A stretch of DNA of 64,000 nt. Source: Eledone cirrhosa (taxonomy: Eukaryota). The stretch spans positions 88,598,001-88,662,000 of the forward strand of contig OZ024743.1 of assembly GCA_964016885.1 (NCBI GenBank), given 5' to 3'. Positions 11,301 through 21,975 of the stretch are shown here, piece after piece (position 1 is the stretch's first letter; each line of letters starts with the position of its first letter). The position numbers and the translations under genes are program-made. The notes beneath the pieces were generated by a model. That model saw nothing but the letters and a program-made list of their open reading frames with translations, was not told the DNA's origin and did not search any database.

Positions 11301-12590
11301 ATAGCTGAATCAATGGCCGAACTAAAGAAGAAATTCCAAACATGGAAGTATGGCCTAGAATCAAAAGGCCTTAAAATAAACCTGTCTAAGACTAAAGTTC
11401 TAGTTTGTAGGAAGGAAAATAGGGCGCCGGTCCCATTCAGGAAATGGCCATGCTCAGTGTGTAGGAAAGGAGTAGGTAGAAAATTCATTTTATGTTCCAA
11501 ATGCAAAGTATGGGTGCATAAAAGATGTAGTGGGATCACAGGTAAGCTAACTAAGAACATAGATTTTATATGTGGCCGGTGCTCTGGTGCAATAAGTAGC
11601 AGCAAGTGCCCACAGAATTCTAGCTCTTTCAATTGCACAGATGGTTCTATAGAAATAGTGGACAGCTTCCGTTACCTGGGTGACAAAATCAGCAGTGGGG
11701 GAGGGTGCTCTGAAAGTACAGTAGCTAGAGTCACAACTGGATGGAAAAAGTTCAGAGAGCTTATACCACTATTAGCCGCTAAAGGGTTCTCCCTAAAAAT
11801 GAAAGGCAGGCTGTATGATGCCTGCATACGAACAGCAATGTTGCATGGCAGTGAGACCTGGGCATTGTGTGCAGAGGATATACGTAGACTAGAGAGGAAC
11901 GAAGCTTGCATGCTCCGCTGGATGTGTAATAGTAATATACGTGAACGGCAAAGCATAAACGAACTAAGGGAAAAATTAGAAATAAGAGGGATCAGATGTT
12001 GTTTACTCGAGAGAAGGCTACGTTGGTATGGTCACGTGATGCGCATGAAAGACGACAGCTGTATAAAAAAGTGCAGGGCAATAAAAATAGACGGTAGCCA
12101 CGGAGTAGGCAGACCCAGAAAAACCTGGGACAACTTAATAAATTCCGACCTCATACACTTACACCTCTCCTGGACCGAGATCTTCGGCGCTACACAGTAA
12201 TAGAGAAGACCCGCCTTACCTAAATACAAAGTAAAACCTACTACAGTCAGTAGGCACCTCTAACAAAATACACCCCCGTCCCACTACCCCCACCCCATCC
12301 ACACCACCCCTTTCAATGTAAAGTTATGTTGGTACCACAACATCCAGGCCGAAACAAATGAGGTCGTGTAGGTGTCACGACAAAAAAACACACAGTCCAC
12401 GCTGTAATGTGGCCGTGTAGGCAACACGGTAAAATCCTTCCAGTTCCACACTGTAAATGTGGTTGGTGTTAGGAAGGGCATCCAGCTGTAGAAAACCCAC
12501 CAGACAGTCCTATCCTCAAGTGGGAAAACTCCCGTCCAAACCCATGCAAGCGTGGAATATGGACGTTAAACGATGGTGATGATGATGATA
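8388..12590 (+). mobile_element. Near full-length RTE-clade LINE (APE endonuclease + RT + PHD finger); 5' boundary uncertain
   Basis: APE motifs (GTMNVGTL, IQETRW, GDLNGH, SQVDYIL, SQHRL) and RT motifs (QFGF, DLEKAFD, HQGSVLSP, YADD, FRYLG). The 3' UTR ends in (GAT)n. The N-terminus has a frameshift near 9190 and a TGA near 9363. Confidence 0.93.
9384..12200 (+). pseudogene. RTE LINE ORF (938-aa open segment: endonuclease, reverse transcriptase, PHD finger)
   Basis: ORF track plus the motifs above. The upstream part from ATG 9065 is disrupted, and small deletions are visible versus the 57920 copy. Confidence 0.9.
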
Positions 12591-12611
12591 TATATATATA
12601 TACATACATAT

Positions 12612-12975
12612 TGAGAGCATTGGCCTTGCAATCGAAAGGTTGTGAGTTCAATTCTCAGACCGGGTGATGTGTTGTTTCCTTGAGCAAGACACTTTATTTC
12701 ACATTGCTCCAGTTTACTCAGCTGTAGAAATGAGATGATAGGACTGGTGTCCCTATCATTCCACTGCAAACTGGTCGTGGAGGTGCCACGGCAAAAAAGC
12801 ACCCAGCCCACACTGTAAAGTGGATGTGGAGGTGCCACGGGAAAAAAGCACCCAGCACTCACTGTAAATGAGGTTGGTGTTAGGAATGGCATCCAGCTGT
12901 AGAAATCAAGCCAGAATCAGTTCCCGTCCCACCCTTGCAAGCAGGAAAAAAGTGGACGTAAAATGAAATGATGAA
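12612..12975 (+). mobile_element. tRNA-derived CORE-type SINE with RTE-like tail (5'-clipped)
   Basis: B-box gagttcaattc, CORE-like cttgagcaagacactt...ctcagctgtagaaatgag, and a tail shared with the RTE 3' UTR. Confidence 0.85.
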
Positions 12976-12979
12976 TGCT

Positions 12980-13310
12980 CCCAGCTGTGGTCACTCCCAT
13001 AGTATCAAACTAACCATGGAGCTTGAAGCAATCCAATGAAGTTACACCAAGAAGGTTGCCACGATGGAGATAAACTACTGGGAGAGTCTAAAAGAAGTGA
13101 AACTCTACTCCTCGGAATCAAGACGGGAGAGATATGCAATGATATACATATGGAAAATCCTGGGGACACTAAGACCAAACTTTCGCATCGAGAGCTGGAC
13201 CAATTCTCGAACAGGACGTCACTGTGTGGTACCAAAGGTCCCGTCTTCCACATCTAAAATCAGGAGCAGCTATTGCAATAGCCTGGGGTTCAAAGGCCCA
13301 CAACTTGGTT
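12980..13310 (+). mobile_element. CR1/L2-like LINE C-terminal fragment
   Basis: NYWESLKEVKLYSSESRRERYAMIYIWKIL resembles the Y..RL..L.L.SL..RR.R post-RT motif of CR1/L2/Jockey-group ORF2. Confidence 0.6.
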
Positions 13311-13379
13311 TTCAAAATTTAAACTTGTGTTTCCTATTCATCAATGCTTCAAGCAAGCTATAAAACTCTGTTATATTTC

Positions 13380-13760
13380 AGCATCATCATTTTATGTCAG
13401 TTCTTCTACGCTAGCATGGGTTGTCCTGTTGTGGGCAGTGTCTGGTTGGCTGACCTTGTCTTGCTCATACGGGAACTGATTCTGTCTTGATTTCTACAGC
13501 TGGATGCCCTTCCTAACACCAACCTCATTTACAGTGAGTGCTGGGTGTTTTTTTTTTTTGCTGTGGCACCTCCACGACCACTTTGCAGTGGAATGATAGG
13601 GACCCCACTCCTATCATCTCATTTCTACAGCTGAGTAAACTGGAGCAATGTGAAATAAAGTGTCTTGCTCAAGGAAACAACACATCACCCGGTCCGAGAA
13701 TTAAACTCACAACCTTTCAATTGCAAGCCCAATGCTCTAACCACTGAGCCATGTGCCTTC
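13380..13760 (-). mobile_element. CORE-type SINE, full length
   Basis: Reverse complement of the SINE at 43438-43825, with A/B boxes, CORE-like body and RTE-like tail. Confidence 0.85.
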
Positions 13761-13769
13761 TATTGTTGG

Positions 13770-14620
13770 CAATGTTAGGTCAGGTGACCATGTCTTGCTC
13801 ATAAAGAACTGATTCTGGCTTGGTTTCTACAGCTGGATGCCCTTCCTAATGCCAAGCTCATTTACAATGAGTACTGGGTGTTTTTTGTTGTGATTCCTCC
13901 ACGACTACTTTACAGTGTGGACTGGGTGTTTTTTACCGTGTCACCATCACGACCACTTTACAGTGTTTCGGCCTGTTCTCATGAAAGATATATTGGCGGG
14001 TGGGATGGAGTGGTGCATACTGTATGTATGTTTCAGCCTTGGCCTGGTCCTGTGGGAAGTTGGGGTTTCTGTATTACCTCATAACGCCAGAGATCTTGGT
14101 CCTGTGTCATTGCCTTTCAGACATTTAATTCCTCTTATGCCTAGTTTCTCTTTCAGTTTGTTTATGCTTTGCTGTTCGCGTATATTACTATTACACATCC
14201 ATCGGAGCATACAAGCTTCATTCCTTTCTAATCTATGCAAGTCTTCTACACACAGCGCCCAGCTCTCACTACCATGCAACATTGCCATTCATATGCACAC
14301 ATCATACAGTCTACCTTTTATTCTGAGGGAAAAGCCTTTTGTATGCAGCTGTGGCAGTAGCTCCCTCAACTTCTTCCATCCCGTTCTTTCAGAACACCCA
14401 CCTCCGCTGCTAATTCGGTATTGTTTTTACCAAGTCCTCCCAGACTTTGATGTCACTTGTTTTCAGTGATTGTTTGCTGCTTACTGTCCTGGTGCAACTG
14501 CTACATGTAAAGCCTACATTCTTAACTAAACTTCCTGAGATCCCACTACATCGCTTGTGTACCCATAGTTTGCATATGGGGCAGAGGATGGAGTTTATAC
14601 CTACACCTCTCCTACATAAT
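13770..14620 (-). mobile_element. Truncated, internally deleted RTE LINE (PHD region to 3' UTR)
   Basis: Minus-strand ORFs CRRGVGINSILCPICKLWVHKRC and MLHGSESWALCVEDLHRLERNEAC match the RTE ORF. Confidence 0.88.
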
Positions 14621-14673
14621 GAGCACACACACACACACACACATATATATACACACACTCACATATATATATA

Positions 14674-15870
14674 TACTAGCCGAATTACCAGCGCCTTGCT
14701 GCGTTTCACACATTTTTTTAAATAAGAAAATGATGATTAATTTTAAATCAGTGATATAATTCATGGAGAAAAACTTGTAGCGGTTGTCTCCCTTGTTTGG
14801 ATTAACATCTAGACGGGAAGTAGAACCCTTTCTGTAACTTCCGGTCAGAACCCTATAAAACTAACAACTTTAAGTTCTCACTCTCTCATTTGGCTCTGCC
14901 TCTCATTTGGCCTTCCGGCGCCTGGCTGGCCTTAGCCAGGCGTCCTCTGCCAGCCGCGTTTGCCTGGCAATCAAAACGGTAACGACTAACTTTGTTTCAT
15001 TCTATCATCTATTTCTTTGACATGTCAACTATACTATCTACCATTGTTAATTAAATATTATACACACAAACAATGTATTCCTTTGTTACATTCATGCAAC
15101 CCAGTATCCTCGCTACAAACTCAATATTACTCAATGTAAAATATAATGCATGAAAAATTGGAAAACATCATTTTTTGTAATATATCAAATGAAAATTGCA
15201 TTATTAAATCTTATTCTTATTTTGTTTCTTGTAAATAATTTTTTTCAAAATATCAATTGAAAACTTTTGTGAATAGGCATCATATCTTGTCATTTACCTA
15301 TGGTTTAAGTTTCATATAAATCGAAAGGGAAAAGTTTTCAGCGGGGGTTTGTACCCCCGGGGAACCCTAATAGGGGGTTTAACTACCATTAAGGTGTCTT
15401 ATAGTATTGAAATTTTGTGAGTAGGCATCATATCTCTTCATTTATCTATGGTTTAAATTGCATATAAATCGAACCGAAAAAATTTTCAGCGGGGATTTTG
15501 TGCCCCCTGGAGAACCCTAATAGGGGGTTTAACCCCCATTAGGGTATTTTAATTTTATTGAAATTTGCTGAAATTTTGTGAATAGGCATCATATCTTGTC
15601 ATTTACCTATGGTTTAAATTTCATATAAATCGAAGGTAAAGTTTCAGCGGCGGTTTTGTGCCCCCGATGAACCCTTTGATTAAAATGAAATATACTTATA
15701 CAAGTACCATGGGCAATGTAGTTTCAGAATATATATGGTTATGGGGTCTATCTCCAAAACCATAGGAGGAGTTCGTAAAATCTTGTTCCATTTATTGGCC
15801 AAACTTTTCACTATAGGGCGTTTAACCCCCATTAGGGTGTCTTAATATTATTGAAATTTGCACAGACACA
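14674..15870 (+). mobile_element. Putative non-autonomous Helitron/HINE-like element with internal ~170-bp tandem repeats
   Basis: Starts TACTAGCC after (TA)n. Three copies of tttgtgaataggcatcatatcttgtcatttacctatggtttaa...aaatcgaa occur near 15265, 15415 and 15575. GGAGGAGTT and ACAGACACACAC lie toward the end. The family assignment is inference. Confidence 0.45.
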
Positions 15871-16086
15871 CACACATGAAAATATGTGACGTCATTCGTC
15901 AACCTTCCCCTACTTTCACTTCTGACAGCTAATACCATGAACTGTATTTTTACAGTTCATGGTATTAGCTGTCAGAAGTGAAAGTAGGGGAAGGTTGACG
16001 AATGACGTCACATATTTTCATGTGTGTGTGCAAATTTCAATAATATTAAGACACCCTAATGGGGGTTAAACGCCCTATAGTGAAAA
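15805..16086. repeat. 282-bp near-perfect palindrome (4-nt TTTT loop)
   Basis: Arm 15805-15946 is the reverse complement of 15951-16086, apart from a 6-nt indel in a CA run. Confidence 0.95.
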
Positions 16087-17654
16087 ACAAGTCATTTTCA
16101 CCAACAGTGGAGTTAACTTAAATGAAAATATAGGTGGCCCTTAAAAGGGCCAAATTATGGTTATCAAATTTTTTTCACCAACCCTATATACTTATGAAGA
16201 AATGTTTAGAAAACAAATTATTTTCACCAACATTATTCAAAAGCATGGATACAGTGCCCATGGAGACAAGCGACAGTCCCCATGGAGACAATCCCCACCA
16301 ATCATCACCAACACCACGTGTAAATAAATAAACTTTAATCTTCACTTTGTGATAATACACGTATCTGCAAGTTGAAAAATGAGTTCTATAATATATCCAA
16401 GTGTTAAGGGAATTAACCATCGCTACCGCTACTACAGCAGATACCGTCAATTGGTTGAAAATTCAAGGACATCTGAATACACAAAAGATCTGCCCTTCAT
16501 GTGGTCAACGTATGTTGGAAGTAGCGAAACAAAATGTGTCAGATGGGATTATCTGGTCATGTAAAAGACCATGTAGAAAACAGGTTTCTATTAGAAAAGG
16601 CACATTTTTAGAAAATAGCAATTTGAAGTGTGAACAAATAGTTGATATATTATATTTTGGCAAAAGAAGATTTAGCCAAGAAGATTTCAGAGGAATGTCG
16701 AATCGCGAATGTGGCCGTAGCAGATTGGCGAAATGTTTGCCGTGATGTATGTGCAGAGTTCTATGTGGCACAAAACATTAAGCTTGGCGGGCCAAACGGA
16801 ATTGTCGAGATTAATGAAAGCGCATTCGTGAGAAGGAAATACCATCGTGGCCATTCTGTGAAAACACAGCGGGTTTTTGGTGCTTTGGAAAGAAGTACCA
16901 GAAGATGTATTTTAGTAGCAGTAGAAGACAGGATAGCGGAGACATTTTTAACCATTATACAGGATCGTATATTGCCAGGGACAACCATAATATCTGATCT
17001 ATGGCGTTCCTATAATACGATCGATCAGCTAGGCTATCAACATTTGACGGTGAACCATTCGATCAATTTTGTTGATCCAGTAACATTTGCCACAACGAAT
17101 CAGATAGAATGCTTGTGGAAACACGTAAAAAATAGGAATAAAAGGGAAAACGGGACAGCCAGAAATTTGCTTCAAACCCATCTCATTGAATTCATGTGGC
17201 GGTATGAATTTAAAGGAGAAATTTTCCAAAAGTTATTAGAACATATCCGTCATCTGATTCCATGCATTTGAATAAGGTTGGTGAAAAAAATGTTTCTAAA
17301 CATGCTTTTAAATAAGGTTGGTGAATAATGAAAATATAAATGCATAAATCAAATTTATTTGATAACCATGACTTGTTTTCTAATTAACTTAAATTTGTTT
17401 TCTAATTTGGCCCTTTTAAGGGCCACCTATATTTTCATTTAAGTAACTCCACTTACATCGATATGCTTTATAACCATGGCTTGTTTTCTAATTTGGCCCT
17501 TTTAAGTCTTCCCTCTCTCTTCCCCCCTCTCTCTCTCCAAAAAACGCGTGAAAACTCCACTTACGCGTGGTAGTAATACGGAAATAAACGATGTTTGACG
17601 AGTGACGTCACCTTCGCCTGTTTCCATCGGCTGCTTGGACTGACAGCTAATAGC
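15961..17654 (+). mobile_element. Merlin (IS1016/ISXO2-like) DNA transposon, defective
   Basis: Terminal GGTATTAGCTGTCAG / CTGACAGCTAATAGC (14/15 inverted) and subterminal ~50-bp inverted repeats at 16106-16157 and 17403-17452, flanking a transposase. Confidence 0.8.
16379..17271 (+). pseudogene. Merlin/ISXO2-like DDE transposase, frameshifted
   Basis: Zn-ribbon CPSCG...WSC..C...SIRKGTF and core motifs GGPNGIVEINES, RKYHRG, PGTTIISDLWRSY, HLTVNHS..FVDP, TNQIE.LW. The first catalytic D reads N. Frameshifts lie near 16405 and 16655. Confidence 0.88.
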
Positions 17655-17867
17655 GTTGTAGTGCCGTCATTCCTACTCGCAGGGTTCACTCCTGTTGGTG
17701 GCTAACTCCGCCCCGACAGCAATAGGAAGATGAATCAGGCACCAAGAATGCCGAGTGTTTCCACTACTATAGGTCCAACGACAAAACCAATGGAAAGCGA
17801 CCGACAATTTAACAACTTGTGATCTTCAGCTTGGCTGGCAACGTTTTTTTTGGGGTTTTGTTTCAAC

Positions 17868-18014
17868 AATGTGCTACCATCAAAAGACGACTATTCAAGA
17901 CATTTGTCAAGAAATACAACAAAACATGTAGACGACACAAAGGGATCTATTTAATCTTCACTTTCTTATATTTAAGGTAAGGCTGAAGAAAGTTGATATG
18001 GGGAAGACATTGTT
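17868..18014 (+). pseudogene. Degenerate duplicate of cathepsin O-like exon 1 (3' part) plus the start of intron 1
   Basis: Aligns with 30297-30452 (aatgtgctaccatc...ttcaagacatttgtcaagaaatacaacaaaac...tttcttatatttaag|gtaaggc.gaagaaagttgatat). It has a 10-nt deletion and other indels, and no ATG or signal-peptide portion. Confidence 0.88.
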
Positions 18015-18239
18015 TTTACTTGACTATGTTTGTTAAATTGACTTATAATTTAGTGAATTCAATGCCATCAAGTAGAATAACTAGATTATTTATAACAACA
18101 CATTTAAATTCAATTATTTAATATCCCATTCGCTTCAGTACTGATTTGATCTATGTAAATCCGCCCGGCCTTGCTAGATGATGTCACTACCATTTATATA
18201 AAGGAAATATATACAACTATGGAAATATATACAATGTTC

Positions 18240-19930
18240 TCCCGTCCATCAGCCCAATGGAGACCTGCGCCCCATTGCGGTTGGCTGCACCATTCACCAC
18301 TTCACTGCAAAGGCGTGTTTGCTATTGGTCTCCGACTCACTGGCGGAGGAATTCTCCCCCATCTAGCTGGGGGTGGGTACCAAGTTGGGATGTGAGGCTG
18401 CTGTCCACACTACCAGAGCATTTACCAACTTGCCCTCCTCGTCCCCAAGGTCATCCTCAAACTTGACCTCAGGAACGCCTTTAACTCCGTCAGCCGCGAC
18501 GTCGTCCTCAGCTCAGTAAGAGAGAGGGTCCTACAACTCTACCACTTTGCTTGGCAAGCTCATCGGGAGCCCTCCTATCTCTCTTTCAGTAACCAAATCA
18601 TCACCTCTGCCTCAGGAGTCCAACAGGGTGACCCACTCGGGCCCGCTCTGTTTGCACTGGGCATTGATGACGTCACCAAGATGGGGGTTGAGTTGTACCT
18701 CAACGTCTGGTACCTTGACGACGCCTGTTTGGGGGGTGGGTGGAACTCCGGATATGGTTCTCACCACTGCCAACAAGAGAGGAGCTTGGTCGCCGGGGTC
18801 TCCAGATCAATAGCTCCAAATGTGAGCTCTGGATCCTCAACCACTCAGCTTCTCAACACCAACAGCTAATCGACCTGTTTGCAGAGTCCTTCCCTTCCAT
18901 CGCCGTCCCTCTCCCGTCGGCTTGGTGCTCCTTAGGAGCCCCAATCACAGACCTTGCCTTCGAGTCAAGATTTCCATCCTGCCTCCAATGCCTCAACGAC
19001 CTAATCTTCGAGAGACTCAAATGCCTGGTCAATGTTAGACTCTTTCCAGAGTCCCGCGATCAGGCTGCGTTGTCCAAGCGATTTGGGGGTCTTGGTCCCC
19101 TGCTTCCTTTCCTCCACCCACGCTTGCTCCATTCTGGTGAGCAGCATCCTCTCCTCTCCAACATGGACTAGTTCCAACAGGGAGTTGGGTGAAGCTCTCC
19201 AGCAATGGAGTGAGTTGGGCTTGTCTCTTCCTGAGAAGGTGGAGGACAGTCGAAGTCAGAGAACTTGGGACAGCATAAGTTCAAAGGCTACCTTCAACTC
19301 CCTCTTCGTCCAATCAGATCAGTTTGTATGATGCCGCTTACTATCTGCCAGCGCCAAATACTCAGGCGACTGTGTTGATGCTCTACCCCTGGCCTATTCA
19401 GCCTAGACGAACTTCGTGTCTCCATCGCCCTCAGAGTGGCAGATGACGTCTGCATGGGTTTAAGGTGCCAATGCAAACTCCTCGACTCCACGGTCTTTCT
19501 TGCCGCCTGAATGCCGGCCGCTTCGCACGTCACACGGAGCTCTGGGTTATCCAGAAGTGACGGCCTTACCCTGTGTCCCTGGTTGAGAGGCAGGTACCTT
19601 GTCTGGGACGTCACTGTTAGTGACTCTTTTGCTCTCTCCCACATCCTGGATGCTGCTGTTAGGACGAGAGCCACAGCTTCTGCAGCCGAGCGGAGTAAGA
19701 CCCTCAAATACTCTGATCTGTCGGCCAGCTACCTTTTTCAGCCTGTGTCTTTCGAGACGTTTGGGGGAGTCGGGCCGCTGACTGCAAGGTTCCTCTCTCC
19801 ACTGGCGGCTTGCCTAATAGAGGTAACTGGCGAATATCGCGAGGGCGCTCGGCTGTTCCAGCGCATTAAGCCTGAGGCAACGCTGAGAGTGTGCTGACTT
19901 GCCTCAAAAGTCATTAGAGAGGTCGCCCAG
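18240..19930 (+). mobile_element. Degenerate RLE-type (CRE/NeSL/R2-group) non-LTR retrotransposon
   Basis: Across frames: RPIAVG, LKLDLRNAFNSVSR, GVQQGDPLGP, WYLDD, then restriction-like endonuclease motifs DGLTL.PW..GR.LVWDVT, K..KY and F.P.S.ETFG. Many frameshifts. Confidence 0.8.
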
Positions 19931-20989
19931 TACCCCTCGCTGCTGACTTTTGCTTTGGTGTTCACCCCTTCCTTTATTGTTTTAAACTAGGATTTGTTTG
20001 TTTGTTTTTTTTAGTACTGTTTGGTATTCCTTCTTAAGTTTCCAGTTTTTTTCCTCTCCTCTTTTATTTAAACATTGCCTTTCTCCCTTCCCCTAAACTT
20101 TTTCCTTACTTTCGTTATTTAATTTTTTTCCCCTCTTTCTTTTTCTTTTTGTTATTGCAAACATTATATTGAATTGAAATTTGTTGAATAAATAAAAGTC
20201 TTTACATGCTAAAAAAGCATGTGTGTGTGTGTATGGTGGGGAGTGTGTGTGTCTACCACACACCACAAGGGGGTACTGGAGCTTCCTTCTAATAAAATAG
20301 AAAAGAATAATAATGAAAGTAAGGAGAAGGATGAGTGGCATACTCTACACCCCATGTTTAGGTAGTATATCTCAGCTGCCCCTTGCCGTGGAGAACAGCC
20401 AGTGATACGCGCTACACCAGTCACTTTATTTTACGGGGGCTCCTTCCTCAGACAGGATGCACTCATCCCAATTTTGCTGAAAAACAAAAAAACATTTCGG
20501 GAACCGAGGAGTCGACGATGACGACCGATATGAAAAGGAAGTGATCAGTTAAGCCCCTGGTTTTTGACCGAAGCGACATGGTTGGAGGTGGAGAACGTAT
20601 CATAGTTAACGAAAGTTTGGTACATTCTGAGCCTGGGGATTGACGGCATAAATATTAAGTGGAGAAGGAGGTTTTTATGGAGCCATAGTAACATACGTTT
20701 CTTGAGCATTTTAGACCTGGTAGAACTAATCTCCTATCCAGGTCTGAGGACTGCCAATTTCTTCCAGAGAGAGGAAGTGAGAAAGAGATACGAGGGTGGG
20801 TCATCTTCAAGATCTTCCTTTTACTCCTAAATTCAGCTGCACACTTTTTAGGCATAGGCTGACTATGATGCTAGAATTGTGAAATCTTACATGCATTAAT
20901 TTCAATTCATCTGCTTTGTTTCTTTCCAGGTAAACTGACATTTGACTGTTCAAAGAAGACTTCAAAAGTAACTAGTAGCAATTTCTCTT

Positions 20990-21975
20990 GAAGATGAAAA
21001 AATTTGGCATCATGGCGTTATCAAGTACCTGAAGAAAGGTTTAGCCCTCAAGGATACTCACAAGGTTGCTACATTATTGGATGGTGCTCCAGCTTTATCA
21101 ACAGTGCAAAAGTGGGCAGCTGAATTTAGAAGTGAAAAGGAGAGTCTTAAAGATGACCCAAGGTCTGGACGTCCTGCAACTACTACCACCAAGGAAAACA
21201 TTGATCGTATTCACCACATGGCGATGGATGACAAGTGATTGACTATAAATTAAATAGCCAATGCTATTGGCATATCCCGTGAGAGAGTTGAGAATATTCT
21301 GCACAATGAACTTGATATGACAAAGGTTTCTGCTTGGTGGGTAACACGCCGTCTGGCACCTGATCACATCACAGGAAAATCTGACATTGTTTGAGGCAGA
21401 TCCAGCTGGTTTGCTTGAATGTTTTTTCACTTTGAGCCAGAGACAGAGAGACAATCCATGCAGTGTTAACACCTCTACTCACCTGCTCCAAAGTAGGCCA
21501 TGGTCGTTTCATCTACAGGGAAGGTGATGACCTGTTTGTTGGGATGCAAAAGGCATTGTGTTTATTGACTATCTTCAAAAAGGCCACACCATCAATGTAG
21601 AGTACTATGCCAACTTGCTGAGACAGTTACAAAAGACTACGTCCAGGAAAACTGATGGAAGGGATCTTGTTTTATCAGGACAATACTCTAGCACACAAGT
21701 CCTTGGTTTCAATGACTGTAGCTTTGAACTGGTTGTTCACCCTCCTTATTCTCTTGATTTGGCCAAATCTAATTAACATGTTCCTCAACAGGAAAAAACA
21801 CTTGGTTGGGAACCAGTATCGCAGTGATGATGACATCATATCTGCTGTTGATGACGTTTTTGACCAACTGGATGAAAGCTTCTTCACCAATCGGATCTAA
21901 ATACTACAACACCAAAGAAATGTGGACTATGTTGAAAAATAAACCTCATTTGGTCAGCATATGAACTTTTCAGCT
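20990..21975 (+). mobile_element. Degraded mariner (Mos1-like) transposon
   Basis: TVQKWAAEFRS..ESLKDDPRSGRP HTH, WV.R.L, GKVM..VCWDAKGIVFIDYL.KG.TIN..YY and HPPYSLDLA, with multiple stops. Confidence 0.8.

Noticed and set aside
9842-12229. Antisense ORFs over the RTE and Gypsy coding regions
   Set aside because: Shadow ORFs of the sense coding sequence, with no independent motifs.
16379-17271. Bacterial IS1595 contamination or recent horizontal transfer
   Set aside because: The element is embedded among animal repeats, is decayed, and its motifs fit eukaryotic Merlin transposases.
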